Origin: Diadema antillarum
Taxonomy: Eukaryota
Length of the DNA: 64,000 bases
NCBI RefSeq assembly: GCF_040938485.1
Contig: NW_027271782.1
Span: 1-64,000, forward strand
Direction of reading: 5' to 3'
The position numbers were made by a program, and so were the translations under genes. Numbering within the stretch: position 1 is the stretch's first letter; each line of letters opens with the position of its first letter. Below are positions 63,177 to 64,000 of this stretch, in pieces. The notes under the pieces are model-generated. The model worked only from the letters and a program-made list of their open reading frames with translations. It was not told the DNA's origin and made no database searches.

Positions 63177-63478
63177 GTCAATGGCAATTGAATGGTAATG
63201 AAATGTAACTGTCAATGGTGAAGGGTAATTGAACGGTAATGAAAGGTAACTGTCAATGTGGAAGGGTAATTGAATGGTAGGTTTCCAGTAGTGGTCAGTG
63301 GTAACTGCCAGTGATGAAGGGTATTAGAATGGTAGGTTTCCAGTGGTTTTAGTAATTATCAGTGGTGAAGGTTATTTGAATGGTAGGTTTCCAGTGGTCA
63401 GTTGTAACTGTCCATGGTGAAGGGTATTTGAATGGTAGGTTTCAAGTGATCAGTGGTAACTCTCAATAGTGAAGGGTA
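63177..63478. repeat. ~52-bp minisatellite, about 6 copies
   Basis: GAAGG(G/T)TA anchors at 63220, 63261, 63316, 63367, 63419 and 63471. Confidence 0.9.
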
Positions 63479-63570
63479 CAGTGCACTCCCGTTATAACGA
63501 AATGCTCGGGACCGGCAGCTTTCTTTCGTTACAACGAAATTTCGTAAAGTTCGTTATAACCGAACAAATA
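63479..63570. mobile_element. Left end of a Tc1/mariner-pogo-type MITE
   Basis: TA|CAGTGCACTCCCGTTATAACGAA with repeated TTCGTTATAAC motifs; no partner end seen. Confidence 0.55.
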
Positions 63571-63789
63571 CATGTAATATCGAAAACAAGGAAACCACGC
63601 ATATATCATATTCTGTTAGTTGAATACTCATCATACACTTGAAAGCTATGTGAAATGGAATGGTACCTTTTTAAATTCGTTTGAATATTACATTTAAAAG
63701 ACAGCATAAAGTTGTTTGAATTGTAACATAATTATGTATAGAAAATGACGGTTTTTATAGAATTCGGTTATAGTTCGCTATTTCAAAGG

Positions 63790-63990
63790 TTCATTTCTTA
63801 TTTAAGATCGTTACTCCGAAGGCTCCTTATTCCGAAATTTCGCCATTCCCGGGATTCCGAGTGTTTGTTCATTTTCGCTCTTCCGAAGATTCGTTATTCC
63901 GAAAGTTCATAATCTTGATATAGATATATCGTTTGTTTTCCGAAGGTTTTTCTCATCCAAAATGAAATATGGTTCGTTATTCCCAGGAAG
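63790..63990. repeat. TTCCGAA / TTCGTTATTCC motif-rich repeat fragment
   Basis: The motif recurs several times, as in the subterminal repeats of a DNA transposon; the element probably continues past the window end. Confidence 0.5.
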
Positions 63991-64000
63991 GCTTGGCAAT

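Noticed and set aside
1-64000. Prokaryotic features: operons, CRISPR arrays, IS elements, defence islands
   Set aside because: Spliced genes, microsatellites and MITEs show the DNA is eukaryotic. The tandem arrays (138-519, 57881-58523, 63177-63478) repeat the whole unit and have no unique spacers.

Overview
Eukaryotic (metazoan) genomic DNA, not prokaryotic: GT-AG introns, AT-rich intergenic DNA, microsatellites, three N gaps and many MITEs. The repeat style suggests an echinoderm such as a sea urchin (inference). Five protein-coding genes are supported. (1) The 3' part of an EAR/EPTP-repeat (TSPEAR/LGI-type) beta-propeller gene with a WSC domain spliced in between two blades (+, <1-5966). 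(2) An 8-exon, 416-aa uncharacterised ~8-TM membrane protein with an apparent internal 4+4 duplication (+, 9193-34672). (3) An LRR-Ig-TM receptor with an intronless CDS (-, 38550-40445). (4) A BTB-BACK-Kelch protein of the KLHL31/KLHL14 type with two coding exons (-, 51050-53657). (5) A single-exon type-I membrane protein with a non-canonical V-set Ig-like domain (+, 61707-62693). Repeats include TTAA-flanked Kolobok-type MITEs, CWG-flanked PIF/Harbinger-type MITEs, CA..TG elements with 7-bp TSDs, a tRNA-derived SINE, a decayed CR1/L2-type LINE, and a 4.1-kb nest of elements inside a non-autonomous Helitron/Helentron. No CRISPR, rRNA or intact tRNA was found. All calls are by eye with no database search.
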